Below, piece by piece: positions 38,501 to 50,500 of a stretch of DNA of 64,000 nucleotides. The stretch covers positions 182,941-246,940 of the forward strand of contig NMRA01000616.1 in assembly GCA_002633005.1 (NCBI GenBank), read 5' to 3'. Numbering within the stretch: the first letter of the stretch is position 1; each line of letters starts with the position of its first letter. The translations under genes were made by a program, and so were the position numbers. The notes under the pieces were generated by a model. The model saw nothing but the letters and a program-made list of their open reading frames with translations, was not told the origin of the DNA and made no database searches. The stretch is from Phoronis australis (Eukaryota; Animalia; Phoronida).

Positions 38501-39015
38501 ACTATTTCCCGTTGTCGTCTGTTTGGTCCTCGTGGGTTTGATGTTTCCTTTCTTTTCTCTACTGTTCCAAAGCGGTCCACACTGACTTGGTAAACAATCC
38601 TAGTCATAGCCTCAATCTTTGTCTCTGCTGGACCTCGAAGAGTGACACGTAAGATGCTATCCAGATCATCGTCTAAGGCTGACCACACCTTCTTATCAGC
38701 TGCTGATGGCCACTTGATTCGATCCTTCTTTGCAGTATCTGGTGGACCTGCTGAACTGGCTGGAACTGGATTCTGAAATACTTCAGCTTCTACTACTAAT
38801 GCTTCCATCTGATGCGTAGCTGGGAGGTCTTCTGCACTGTGGTTTGAGACCTGGCTCAATCCCTCCCCCGTCTCACTGGACGTGGCGCCCAAGCGTTGCC
38901 TTGCGACCTGACGTAAGCACTTCATCTTTCCTTGGTGGATCTTCAACCCTCTTAAATTCTTCAGAATCTTTCCACACACACAGGTTCTTGATGCTAAATC
39001 GGTGTTCGTAATCGT
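35590..39015 (-). mobile_element. Non-LTR retrotransposon with restriction-like endonuclease (R2 group, HERO/NeSL-like), slightly 5'-truncated
   Basis: Single long ORF plus a ~140-nt 3' UTR; both flanks revert to M13 intron sequence; no poly(A) tail or TSD seen. Confidence 0.9.
35731..38979 (-). CDS. Zinc finger - reverse transcriptase - CCHC - PD-(D/E)xK endonuclease polyprotein, 1082 aa
   Basis: CVCGK...GLKIHQ; FRPISLL, QKGG, WLDMANAYGSVPH, KGIMTGCTIS, AFVDD; CIQC...EHILSSC, YRHN; RPDL...IELTIPWE. Frame stays open to ~39039 but has no ATG. Confidence 0.93.
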   Translation of the reverse strand: MCGKILKNLRGLKIHQGKMKCLRQVARQRLGATSSETGEGLSQVSNHSAEDLPATHQMEALVVEAEVFQNPVPASSAGPPDTAKKDRIKWPSAADKKVWSALDDDLDSILRVTLRGPAETKIEAMTRIVYQVSVDRFGTVEKRKETSNPRGPNRRQREIVTIRRELRELRRLWKSAAEHEKAGITHLTSEARKRLLSLRKAERGAQNRKKRSRQREKFIRNPYQYASRLLGKSKSGTLTCTRADLEDHLAKIHSDELKDTPLGDFPDVEAEDLPDEGFDLGDIKKSEVDSIVKKARSGSAPGPSRISYKVYKMCPKLRERLWKLFKILWRKGIVPAQWGRAEGVYVPKEEGSKQISKFRPISLLSVEGKIYLAILSGRMTDFMIKNKYIDTSSQKGGVPGFSGCLEHNSIISELIHRAKKGKKNLSMVWLDMANAYGSVPHVLVYRAMDIYHIPEKVKSIVKSYYSSCVMRFTVGNFTTKWQHLEKGIMTGCTISVILFIMAMNVLLKRAQSERRGPKLDEVRQPSCRAFVDDITIVTESPVGARTILRCLEELTKWARMSFKAEKSRSLIINRGVLLKRQTFSIAGCRIPTISEQPVKCLGKYYDSSLRDTSRVKDVKAQLKVWLEKIDKDGIPGRFKLWCYQFILLPKLMWPLLIYDVTSSSAEEMERAASRFIRRWLGLPASFSNVGLYCKSSKLVLPVSSVVEEYKVTKVRASITLRNTSDQAISGCITQSRTGSKWSTTSAISEAESRLRHKQLIGSACQGRQGLGYKTGNPARKRLKNPDRDRIIREVRLSENEGRYARAVQMGQQGAWTKWDKVLQREIKWADLWKMSPLKAKFLIRSVYDVLPTPSNLAIWGLTDNPSCIQCGRRCSLEHILSSCSASLASGKYTYRHNQVLKVFARVLVDEVKSKPKSRSHRIEFISFRRSGDEASKKKSPAQKGILHTANDWKLWVDLAGHQSSFPQHIVQTTQRPDLILYSDSSHQIILIELTIPWESRVEEAHERKNLKYTDLRSDCHVNGWRCWSFSVEVGCRGFPASSVTAMARSLGVSATGKKVLLRDVATEAEQASCWIWMKHQQQ

Positions 39016-39544
39016 AGGATTATAATATGAAGTATTTTGTTAAAACGGAGAGGATATATGACAAGACGCATTCCATTTCCTAATAAAAGATCCATTATAA
39101 TTTTTAAAAGGATGCTTGACACTGTTTTGGTAATTTAAACCAATCCTAGTTCTGTTACCTGCTAATGCATCATTGGTGTACCAATTAATGTTAAAACCAA
39201 GTTTCAACTAAAAACCCCATACTCATTTGCGTCACATATTGGATATTGTGGCTCTTCGTGGGTAGTTTTTCATTAAAGTTGTCATGTTTAACTCGCCTTA
39301 AGCATAGGTCATTCTTGCCCGTTTAAAAGACTTCGAAAAAATCAAACTTTGCTCTAAACTTTCGAAGTTTTTCGACAGTTACAGAGCATTATCTTATTTC
39401 AGAAAATTTGATGGAAACACTCGTATATATCTTTTAATAAGCCTGGACCGGGTTTGACAACCGTTTAACTTCGATACTGCTTGTATAATCCTCTACACGG
39501 TAGTGTATTTTCTTTTTATTTAATGTGGTCGTCATGATTTTAAG

Positions 39545-40189
39545 ATCCCTGGATTTCGGAGCTCTCGGTACAGTACTTGGACACGAATTGACCCATGGGT
39601 TTGACAGTCGAGGTAACTCATTGGTGAAGTGATGATGCAAGCGACACAATTTCACCATTTCCTCAAGTTCTCTAACAGAAGAGAGGAGTGGCAATAGAGA
39701 CAAACCGGAATTTAACAGCCTCTGTATAATGTGGAGCAAGCTGCCTACTTGACAAAACGACACTTACGCTTCACTTGAAACCAGAAATCTTCGCTTATGG
39801 AACGGAAGCATTGAATTCTGTATCACTTAATAATTATGTGGTCGCCATATTGCTAGTGTGTGCTTGTAAGCTTCCAAGCATATTGCCAAACACGAGCTCT
39901 TCTGTCACCTGATTTGAGTGGTTTCTGTTTGTGTCACCTTAAGTGTTTATAAGAATCTCCTGCTGAGTTCACCACCGTCTTGTACTGGAGACTCCGCTTC
40001 TCTTTTAAGAGACCATGGTAGGAAATGAAGATTGTTCCCGAGGAGTTTTTTTTGGTGTCAGACAGTTCTTTAATCTGTCGTCGTGATTATTTTGCTTTCC
40101 TTTATTCAACTGTGTTTGGTTAAAAATATAGAGAGAAGACACAGTGTTTTATAGAACAGTACCCAAAATATCCAGTCCATGACCACTCT
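39545..40189 (+). pseudogene. M13 peptidase relic 2 (exons 15, 16)
   Basis: Exon 15 copy 39545-39612 reads [22 protein letters not shown] with intact AG/GT. Exon 16 copy 40110-40189 has acceptor AG>AA and an in-frame TAA. Confidence 0.88.
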
Positions 40190-41474
40190 GTAAGTTGAGA
40201 ACCATGATGTTTGCAAACAACCCTTTACGGATAACAAAAGTCGTTGCGTTGCATCCCAGAGTGCTACATTCATATTATTAGATTCATTCAATACAGGAGC
40301 AAAGTGTCTCGCAGAATATGATGCGCTCTGTATGCGGATTGAAATATTGGTATATTGTATGATCTCTGCAGGTCGACTTCTGACGGTGCCGACGGCTCAG
40401 TTTACACGCTATCACACACTCCTATGCGCATATTATGCCGCCAATGGCTCTCGATTACTAAGGATCGTGTTAATAGCGTGTGCATGTACTTAACGCCAAC
40501 CTACTGGGAGAGCAACTTTTTTCATGTCATTTTAGTAAAGATACGGCTCGTTGATTATACCAGACAAATGTTTCAGTTAATTACGGCTCTCCGTACTTTT
40601 ATTAATCAGTCGTGCACTACACTGGAAGTGACGTTTAGGGGTTTAATAATTTCCCGCTATTTTGTTTCTAGTGCGTTCGAGTTTACTGTGAGGATCTGTT
40701 CTACTCTTGTTTTTGAGCTGGTTTTCTAAAATTGTCGTCACGGCAAATATAACCAATTGTGGTTTAATGATCCATTGGCAAGATTAGGGATCATTGAGTG
40801 TACAAAATGTGGCATTTAGATTTTTGATAGGATACCTATCCATATAGAAAAAATGAAATTGTTTTGAATTTTGAGGTGCACATTGATTTTTTAAAACGCA
40901 CTTTATTTTATATGCACGTACATGTAAGACATACTCTTAACTTTCCTTATTGGACCGGTTAGGCAATTTGATTTAAGCGCTTTTAAAGCGCCTGGGTGAC
41001 AAAAGTCCGAATGTTAGCGTACGAATTCCCTTTGACTAGAAGAAACGAGGAAGTGCTATTAGAAAATAAAACGTGTTTCGCAAATTTATTCTTGTTCAAA
41101 ACAATTACAACATAAATGTATCTAAGAACTCCCAAAAGTACAATAAATTTTCACAGCTAGTCTGCACGTGCTTTTAGACGCACACAAATTCGGTACTGAT
41201 ATGCAAGTAAATTACCGCAGATGAACACCGGTAATTTGTAGCCACTGGATCTGTCTAACGCTGGCTTTTGCTCATGATTTCTATCGTTTCACGGATTTGG
41301 AATTTCAATATTTATTGTCCCTAAATAATAATATTTCAAAAGTGGGTTTACAAAAAATATGCTAGGTAACGGCGCCGTGAAAATTCATTCACTACATGCA
41401 GGTAGTTTGAATAACAATATCGAAGGCAATATTTCATCCTCTTTCGCTCCTAGAGATGTCCTTGAGCTTCTGAT

Positions 41475-41574
41475 TCACCACACCTTGCACTTCTTTACCG
41501 GATTCATACGCGTTCCTGCCATGCACTTGAATTGCGTCGCGAAGTCCTCGGAGTTGGACAGAGTCCCAATGATC
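41475..41574 (-). CDS. Copy B exon 20 (terminal)
   Basis: [32 protein letters not shown]. Confidence 0.95.
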
Positions 41575-44500
41575 CTGCATGCAATATCATGGGATATTAC
41601 TAAGCATGTACAATACAATGTAGTTTGAGATGAGCATTAGATCAAGCGATTTTGGTCACGTTTACAAGGTTTCAGTATCAATGTGTACAAAAGTATTTCG
41701 TCAAAATTACCCGGAATAGCCCGTATTTTTTCTTAGTGTACAGCCCAAATCATTATGAGAGTTAGAATTCTCCTAAGCCCAAAAATAAAGGCTAATTAAA
41801 AGGAAAGTTAGTGAGGCAGCTAAGCCATTCTGTACTTAGACCTCTTCGTCCTCATTTTTGTTTTTAACACAATTGCCCTCGAGACGGGAAAATGGTAGTA
41901 TGTCTGATTACTGAAAGCTTTCAAGCTTCACCAGCAACCATACGCCCAGAGACTTCTTTAGGGAATGCTTGTACATCTATTAATAAAAAATAATATGCTT
42001 CGGTTTCTGTGGGAATTAACAATGAGACTTTGAGGAAAATCTCACCACGGAAGAAAACGTGTGTAAAGTTGAATGTCGTTCTATTTATGCTTTGTGGGTG
42101 TTGCACAAACTGACCTATACCTAGTTCTCAAGTTACGACGACTTAGTCGGATTGGGCAGTTCAGGCTCATAAAATAGGCCTCATTGTATTCCTTTCCGTG
42201 ACAGTAACTTCGTGTTTGATAGATGCTCGCTTCTACGAAACATACGCCCGGTCGGGAGAGCCAGTCTTCTTGATATAAATTTGTTGACCTTCATGCCCAG
42301 GACAAAGAAAGACACTGGCAAGATGGAAATATCGGTAAATCCTAATTGGATTCTACTGTAAGTCTCCACCAGAACTTTTCCATGTCGTCTCTAACCCAGA
42401 TTCGATAATTACCATTGAAATCCGGTGAAGATTAGAAAACGAGACCAGCTGGTCCGCGTTCTCAACCCATTCTAAGTAGCGATCGATTGCGCATTCAGTG
42501 TTGCACGGCTCACTTTGTCACTGACAAAACAAGCAGGAAACAACGGATGGTCACACCATTTTGTTGTGGATATGGCTCAAGGCATGCCAGCTAGAGCACT
42601 AAGAACAGACGTTTCATGTTCAGTAAATTATTGAAGACGCGCCAACAAGTTGATATTTTGATGTCTAATCCTCAACGGTTGGCCTCTGTCTGTAGTCGAG
42701 GCTAATTTTAGCAACCCATAATCGCCCCTCATGCGCTCCACTCACCTATATCTTTCTGGAGTGTGTGGGTCATTCTCCAGGCTGAACGCAGCCTGCTCCT
42801 TAGTTGTCGAGGAACAGAATACCTGCAGAAACCGAAACAAAACGCATTATTTATGCAATGATCAGCATTGTCTTAGGTGCTGCTTGACATGATCGCCCGA
42901 TACCAATTATGTTTTGGTGTGAAAATGTCATTTTACGTAATGTGGAAATGGTCAACCAATGCTTTGAAGGATCAGACCTTGAGAACCATTGTTGCTAATT
43001 CAAATCGAAGGGCTAGCACTAAAATCATAATAAAATATTACGTACTTTTGTTTCTATGATAATTGGAAACAGCAACCTATTTCTAAAAAATCTGTCAATT
43101 TGCAACTGAAGTTACTAAGCGTATTGAATTCTCAAGATGGCAGTATTTTGCCTGGCCTTATGAAACGCCAAACTAGCTCATTATTTACACTTTATCGCAT
43201 GTTGCATGACAAAATCCAGAAAATGGGATGTCGAATGACAAATTGGAACGCCTACTCTCACCTGTGAAAATCCTAGAAAGAACAGCTGTTTATGAGTCAG
43301 TTTCAGTCCTGGGAGAGCCATTTCTTTGCTATTACTTGCCGCCCAACTTTCGTAGGCCTGACGGATAAAGGGAAAAGATGTATGACTCATCAGTTGTATC
43401 GCGCGGCCGTTTACTGATAGATGGAATACTTGTGTTATTTTGTTTAAGAAGACTTGAAAATATGCGGTCGAGTTTAATAAGGTGGTTAACTCGAATCAGT
43501 CTTCACTGAGTGTATAGCCTCCCCGAAAGTTATAAGCAAAGGTGAGTGACAACCTGCGCCTACCTATCCACGGGAAAAATGTCACGGACTACAACAATGG
43601 TTGTGGTAATAATGACAACTATGACGTACGCGTGACTGGTGGACGGCCGGGCGGTAATGGTGATAATTACTTTGTTGTGGTGATCTTGTGTCAGTTTTTA
43701 TAATAATGACATTAATGACGATGGCAGTAGTTGTACTGATGGCGACGACTCTGAGGAACGCTTTCGTGTTGGCCGTGTTTTTACAAAATGGTGTCGATGT
43801 CAATTGAAAAGGTGATTGTAAATTGGAGACGGTGAAAGGGACTGTTGGTCATTTTGAAGGGTTTGGAACGATTGCCTCGATGATGGTGAGATAAGCAGCA
43901 GCTAGGAGGGCGATCATTTTAGCTTTCAGGGAAGCAAAATGTAGTAATGGTGATTGTGGTGGTGGCTGTAGTAGTAGTGGTGTTGTTACTGATGGTTATC
44001 ACGGATACGACGACGACGTTTGTTACTGGTGACTACGGTTGCACTTGTCGGTTAAGCCACAACTTAGTAATTCGCCAATTATACACTGAAATACACAGTC
44101 CCAGCGTCGACATTCGCAATTTGACTGCCATTGTAAGTAGGAAAAGCCATCAACTAATTAATAAACAATCAAAACGTCAGCGTTTACCTTGAATGCAGCA
44201 TGAATCCCGCCGTTGTCAGCAATGTTCTCATGAAGAGTTGCTTTTCCGTTCACCTGTGGACAGTAATGCTAAATATTTAGGAATTAGACGACAGGTATCT
44301 CAAACTAAGCTGTCCACTGTTAAAGACTACTTGATAAATTTTGTCTTACGCTCATACTTCACCATAACTAGATAAATGTTTAAAATTTTAATTATAAGCA
44401 TACCGCCTCCAGTAGCCGATTTCAAATGTCAAAACATGTTTTCTGTTATATTTTGAGCTAAAAAAATTAAACTTGATTAATTATTGGTAGCCGGATCACC

Positions 44501-47500
44501 CGTTTCGATACTGCACTCAAGTGGCAATGGACAGTATCGAACATCGTGGTGAAACGAAGAAGTTCATTTTACAATAGTGCTTTGTACCAAGTTATACCGT
44601 ACTGAAGACAAAAAGGATGTTTCAAAAGGTAAGGCCCAATGACTATCATAATCGGTCCAGTCAGAATGAGGTAAAACTAACCTGTTTGATATCATCTCCG
44701 GCTATTATACCACGTAGGACAAAAATTGAATGAGATACTATGTCCTTTAGTGAATAGGGTAATGTGTAACTGTTTGTCGTTGAGAACCGGTCAGGATCCA
44801 GCCGAGGCCATGGAGTTACATGGAAGTCAGTCTTCACCTGATTTTACCAGAAGTCTACAAGGCTCCTCGAACAGAAGCTTTCCTATTCTAAAAGTTTGCT
44901 GAAGCTCCGTGATATGCCATTCATTCCAAAAACAAAACACTCCTCTACCGGGGAAAGTTCTAGCGAAAACACAAAGCCGACTGCCCTCTTTGGACGTCCG
45001 GGTAATGACGTAAGTGTAACTTAATGTGGAATACAGTGCATTTCAATTGGCTAACAACCCCATATCTGTACTACAGAGCACATAATCACCTGCACGGCAA
45101 CTGTTTGGTTCTCGACTGGATGAATCTAATCATTCAAATCTCTGTGATGCAACGCAACGATTGTTTTTAATTGTAAACATCATGATTCTCAACTTACATA
45201 ATGATCATAGACTGGATATTTTGAGTACTGATCTATAAAACATTGCGTCTTCTCTCTGAATGTTTCACCAAACTCAGCTGAAAAAAGAAAGCAAAATAAT
45301 CAAATGGCAGAATAAAAAATAGGATGCAAACAAAACTCTAAGCGAACAATGCGAGTGGTAGTGTAGTAGCTATTTCTTAATTAAAAACCGATACTGAAGT
45401 GGAAAGTGCTGCGATAGATTATTAACTTTTCCATTTTTTCAGATTGCCGTGCACCTTCCATCCAACAACTCATAACCGTTGACCCATCTGAGAAAGAGTC
45501 ACAAGTCAATGATAAGATGTTGCGGTTTTATCTTCATGGTCTACCGTAACAAGATTTTGGTGCTTAACACAAGCTAGAAAATGCACAAACCGAGTCACGG
45601 GTAAAAGACGGTGGTGAACTCAGTAGGCGATCAAGAAAACTGAAATCACTCAAAATCACGACAATAGGCTCGGAAGCTTTCTAGCGTACACCGCAAAACA
45701 TCGATGGCGACCACATACATGTAATTGATTGATCAGTTACATTGGAAGACAGTATCATGATACGGAATTCATCGTTTCCGCTCCGTAAGTGACGATGTAT
45801 CGTAGCAAGTGAGCTTGGGTCTACCTAACACAGACTAGTATGGTCAATTTGTAAAGATAGGTTGACTGCTCCACATTCTCTAAATTCCGGTTTGTGACTA
45901 TTCCCACTCCTCCTGTTAGACAATTTGAGGAAATGACGAAAACATGTCGTTTGCAGCACCACTTCACCAATGAGTTACCTCGACTGTCAAACCCGTGCGT
46001 CAATTCATGCCCAAGTACTGTACCGAGAGCTCCAAAATTCAAGGATCTGAAAATCATGACGACAGCATAAATGAAGAGAAAAGACATTATTGTGTAGGGG
46101 TCTATACAAGCGCTATCGAAGTAAAAAGGATGCCAAACCCAGTTTAAGCCTATTACAAGATGTTATACAGGACCAATTCCATCATCAAAGTCTCTGCAAA
46201 AATATAATGCTTTGCAACCTTCGAGGTTCGTCGAGGGTTACAGATGCATCATTCTTCAGTGAAAATCAGGAGGCACTGACATTTAATGGAAATGCGAACA
46301 AACTACTCTACCCGATATTTTCGGCATATAAAGACTTTCTGATAAACAAAAATGGGCAAATACCTATCACGTGGGTATGAAATGTACAGCACTGTGGGTA
46401 GCTCATCACATTGGTTGCAGTGTAGCACTTTCCATAAAAATTTTGAAATAAACTATTTCTTTCAGAACGCAAAAGTTAGTGATCCTGATAGTGTATATGT
46501 TACAGTAAACAATATACATGGGAACACAGTTTTACGGTTGTTCAGTTACTACAGAAAATGGACTCTGGAAAGTAACAGTATTCATAAAAAGAGACGATAT
46601 TATTCTGAGCACCTGCTGCATAGCTGCCACAGTCAACATTCAATAAGGAAAAAACTAAACAACTGAATTGAAAAGCGGGCTTAAAGATAAAAAGCNNNNN
46701 NNNNNNNNNNNNNNNNNNNNNNNNNNNNNNNNNNNNNNNNNNNNNNNNNNNNNNNNNNNNNNNNNNNNNNNNNNNNNNNNNNNNNNNNNNNNNNNNNNNN
46801 NNNNNNNNNNNNNNNNNNNNNNNNNNNNNNNNNNNNNNNNNNNNNNNNNNNNNNNNNNNNNNNNNNNNNNNNNNNNNNNNNNNNNNNNNNNNNNNNNNNN
46901 NNNNNNNNNNNNNNNNNNNNNNNNNNNNNNNNNNNNNNNNNNNNNNNNNNNNNNNNNNNNNNNNNNNNNNNNNNNNNNNNNNNNNNNNNNNNNNNNNNNN
47001 NNNNNNNNNNNNNNNNNNNNNNNNNNNNNNNNNNNNNNNNNNNNNNNNNNNNNNNNNNNNNNNNNNNNNNNNNNNNNNNNNNNNNNNNNNNNNNNNNNNN
47101 NNNNNNNNNNNNNNNNNNNNNNNNNNNNNNNNNNNNNNNNNNNNNNNNNNNNNNNNNNNNNNNNNNNNNNNNNNNNNNNNNNNNNNNNNNNNNNNNNNNN
47201 NNNNNNNNNNNNNNNNNNNNNNNNNNNNNNNNNNNNNNNNNNNNNNNNNNNNNNNNNNNNNNNNNNNNNNNNNNNNNNNNNNNNNNNNNNNNNNNNNNNN
47301 NNNNNNNNNNNNNNNNNNNNNNNNNNNNNNNNNNNNNNNNNNNNNNNNNNNNNNNNNNNNNNNNNNNNNNNNNNNNNNNNNNNNNNNNNNNNNNNNNNNN
47401 NNNNNNNNNNNNNNNNNNNNNNNNNNNNNNNNNNNNNNNNNNNNNNNNNNNNNNNNNNNNNNNNNNNNNNNNNNNNNNNNNNNNNNNNNNNNNNNGCCGG

Positions 47501-50500
47501 AAATTCTCAGTTCAAACTCTTGCCGCTAGTGACTGGGTTGCAAAGCTTTAATAACAGAATGTTTAGGTCACGTGGGGGAGTTGGAAATCCACCGCTAGAC
47601 TTTTGTGTGATGTTGAGGAATTTTAGCTGCTAAGTTTCTTGCTGGCGTTGTTACATTACTTAGGAAATTGACGATCATAAAAGGGTGGTTGAAGTATTCC
47701 AGCCATGATAAATATTTCGTTGGTGAGCGGTTTGTAGTGTGCATCGACAACTTGTGGCATCTTATCCCACCTGAAAGAAAGAGCAATAATATGACCTCAA
47801 TGACTTCAGCATTGGAAAGCTTCTGATATACTTTGCATGCCACATACTTTTTCGTAACTGTCGTTCAGTTGCCGTGTTTACAACCGTTCGCTTAATGGAT
47901 GCTTTCGATCACAGGTGCGTATCTCGGTCTTTTTAGCACACACCCTCATAACCTCTATGTGTAGTAAATTAAAATTAAGTCTCCTTCATCCATTCTGAAG
48001 AAGGTCTGCCTATAGTGCCGCGATGTTCTTAATCTCACCATTACCGTGACACATTTATCGAACGATACCTATCCTGTGATTGGCTGTTACTTGACTTTAG
48101 TTGAGTGATCGAATATCTCAGTCAACGGATGGACTCAATCGAAGGTTAGGCAGCAACCAATCATAAGGTAGGTAGCGATTGATAAGCGTGTCACGCTGTC
48201 TCGAGATTGTGAACAGCGCAAGACCTCCTGCAGCTTACTTTCGCAATGGTTGGAGGACACTTGAATTCATTTTATTACATTATGCGCGTGATTTATGAGA
48301 GGTACGTCCTGAAAAGATTGACAAAGCACTCGTACTTCGATGACCTAGAACAACGCTATACATAAGGCGATATTTTTTCAAATGAGACAATATTATTTAG
48401 TCTCAAAGTGCGCGGAACGGTTCCGCACTTTTTTAATATCCACTTAGGGCCATAAAAAATGGTATGTAACAAATCTATACCTTACCCTAAACATGTTTAC
48501 AATGTTACATTTTTAATTCCTCAATTAGCATTTTCTTAATTAGAAGTTCAATTTTTGCCTTGCGGAATATTCCGCAAGTGTGCGGAATATTCCGCAAATG
48601 TGCGGAATATTCCGCACTCAGTGCGGAATATTACGCAGACTTTGCGGAATATTACGCAAACTTTGCGGAATATTACGCAGATTTTGCGGAATATTCCGCA
48701 CTCAGTGCAAGATTTGTGGAATACTGTGACTTGAGAAGTATGTATATTTTGTGGAATAATAATCAAAATAATAATTTATTTTTAAAAATCAATGTGAAAG
48801 TTCCAAAAAGCCAAACAGAAAAGTTTAGCACAGGACTAAAATTTTTAATTTTCTCCCGGCCCAATAAACATGAATTACATTCCATTCTCAATAGAACTTG
48901 AGAGTATAATGTGCCCACTCTCAATAATATATTAATCAATGTGACGGTTGCAGAATGGTTCCACATGCGGAACGGTTCCGCAAACAGAATAGTTTTTTGG
49001 AGAACACAATTTTTTTAAATTCTCATGACCAATAAAGTCAAATTGCATTCCATAATCAATACAACTTGAAAGTATCAATGTGACAATCCTAACAATAATT
49101 ACTTGATCAATGTGACAGTTGCGGAACCATTCCGCATACGGAGCCGTTCCGCAAACAATACGTTTGTGATACTCACAAGTTTTAAAAAAAATTTCTTGCA
49201 CATTTCAGTTGAAATATATTCTATTCTCATTAGCATGTGGAAATATCAATGTGTCAACTTGAACAATGATTGATCAGTGGGGAACTTGCTGAATGGTTTG
49301 TGATGCAGAAACCTACCTCAAGCGGACTCGGGGAAAATTGACATATTGTCTATGACATTTTACCGCTTTTGGTAGAACCTTAACACAAGCCACGAAATAT
49401 TCGAATCTTAACGTTCAACAAGCATTAAACATCAAAGTATCAGAATTTCTACCCCAACCATAATTAATTATTAAAAGTGACAGTTGCGGAACCGTTCCGC
49501 ATACGGAACCGTTCCGCAAACAATACTTTTGTGATCCTCACAAGTTTTAAAAAATTTTTCTTGCACATTTCAGTTGAAATATATTCTATTCTCATTAGCA
49601 TGTGGAAATTTCAATGTGTCAACATGAACAACAATGATTGATCAGTGGGGAACTTGCTGAATGGTTTGTGATGAAGAAGCCTACCTCAAGCAGACTCCGG
49701 CGAAAAATTGACATCTTGTTAATGCTATTTTACCGCTTTTGGTAGAACCTTAACAAAAGCATGAAATATTCGAATCTTAACGTACAAAAAGCATTAAACA
49801 TAAAAGTATCAGAATTTCTACTCTAACAATAATTAATTGTTAAAAGTGACACTTGCGGAACCGTTCCGCTTGCGGAACCGTTCCGCAAACAATACTTTTG
49901 ATCCTCAGAAGTTTTAAAAAAATTTTCTTGCACATTTCAGTTGATATATACTCTATTCTCAATAGCATATGGAAATATCAATGTGTCAACATGAACAATG
50001 ATTGATCAGTGGGGAACTTGCAGAATGGTTTGTGATGAAGAAGCCTACCTCAAGCAGACACGGGGGAAAAATTGACACCTTGTTTACGCCATTTTACCGC
50101 TTTTGGTAGAGCCTTAACACAAGCCATTAAATATTCGAATCTTAATGCGGAACAAGCATTAAACATCAAAGTATCAGAATTTCTACCGTAGCAATAATTA
50201 ATTATTAAAGGTGACAGTTGCGGAACCGTTCCGCAAAGAATACTTTTGTGATCCTCACAAGTTTTAAAAAAGTGTTCATGCACATTTCAATTGAAATATA
50301 ATCTATTCTCAATAGCATATGGAAATATCAATGTGTCAACATGAACAATGATTGATCAGTGGGGAACTTGCTGAATGGTTTGTCATGATGAAGAAGCCTA
50401 CCTCAAGCAGACTCGGGGGAAAAATCGCCATGTTGTCTATGACATTTTACCGCTTTTGGTAGAACCTTAACACAAGCCACGAAATATTCGAATCTTAATG

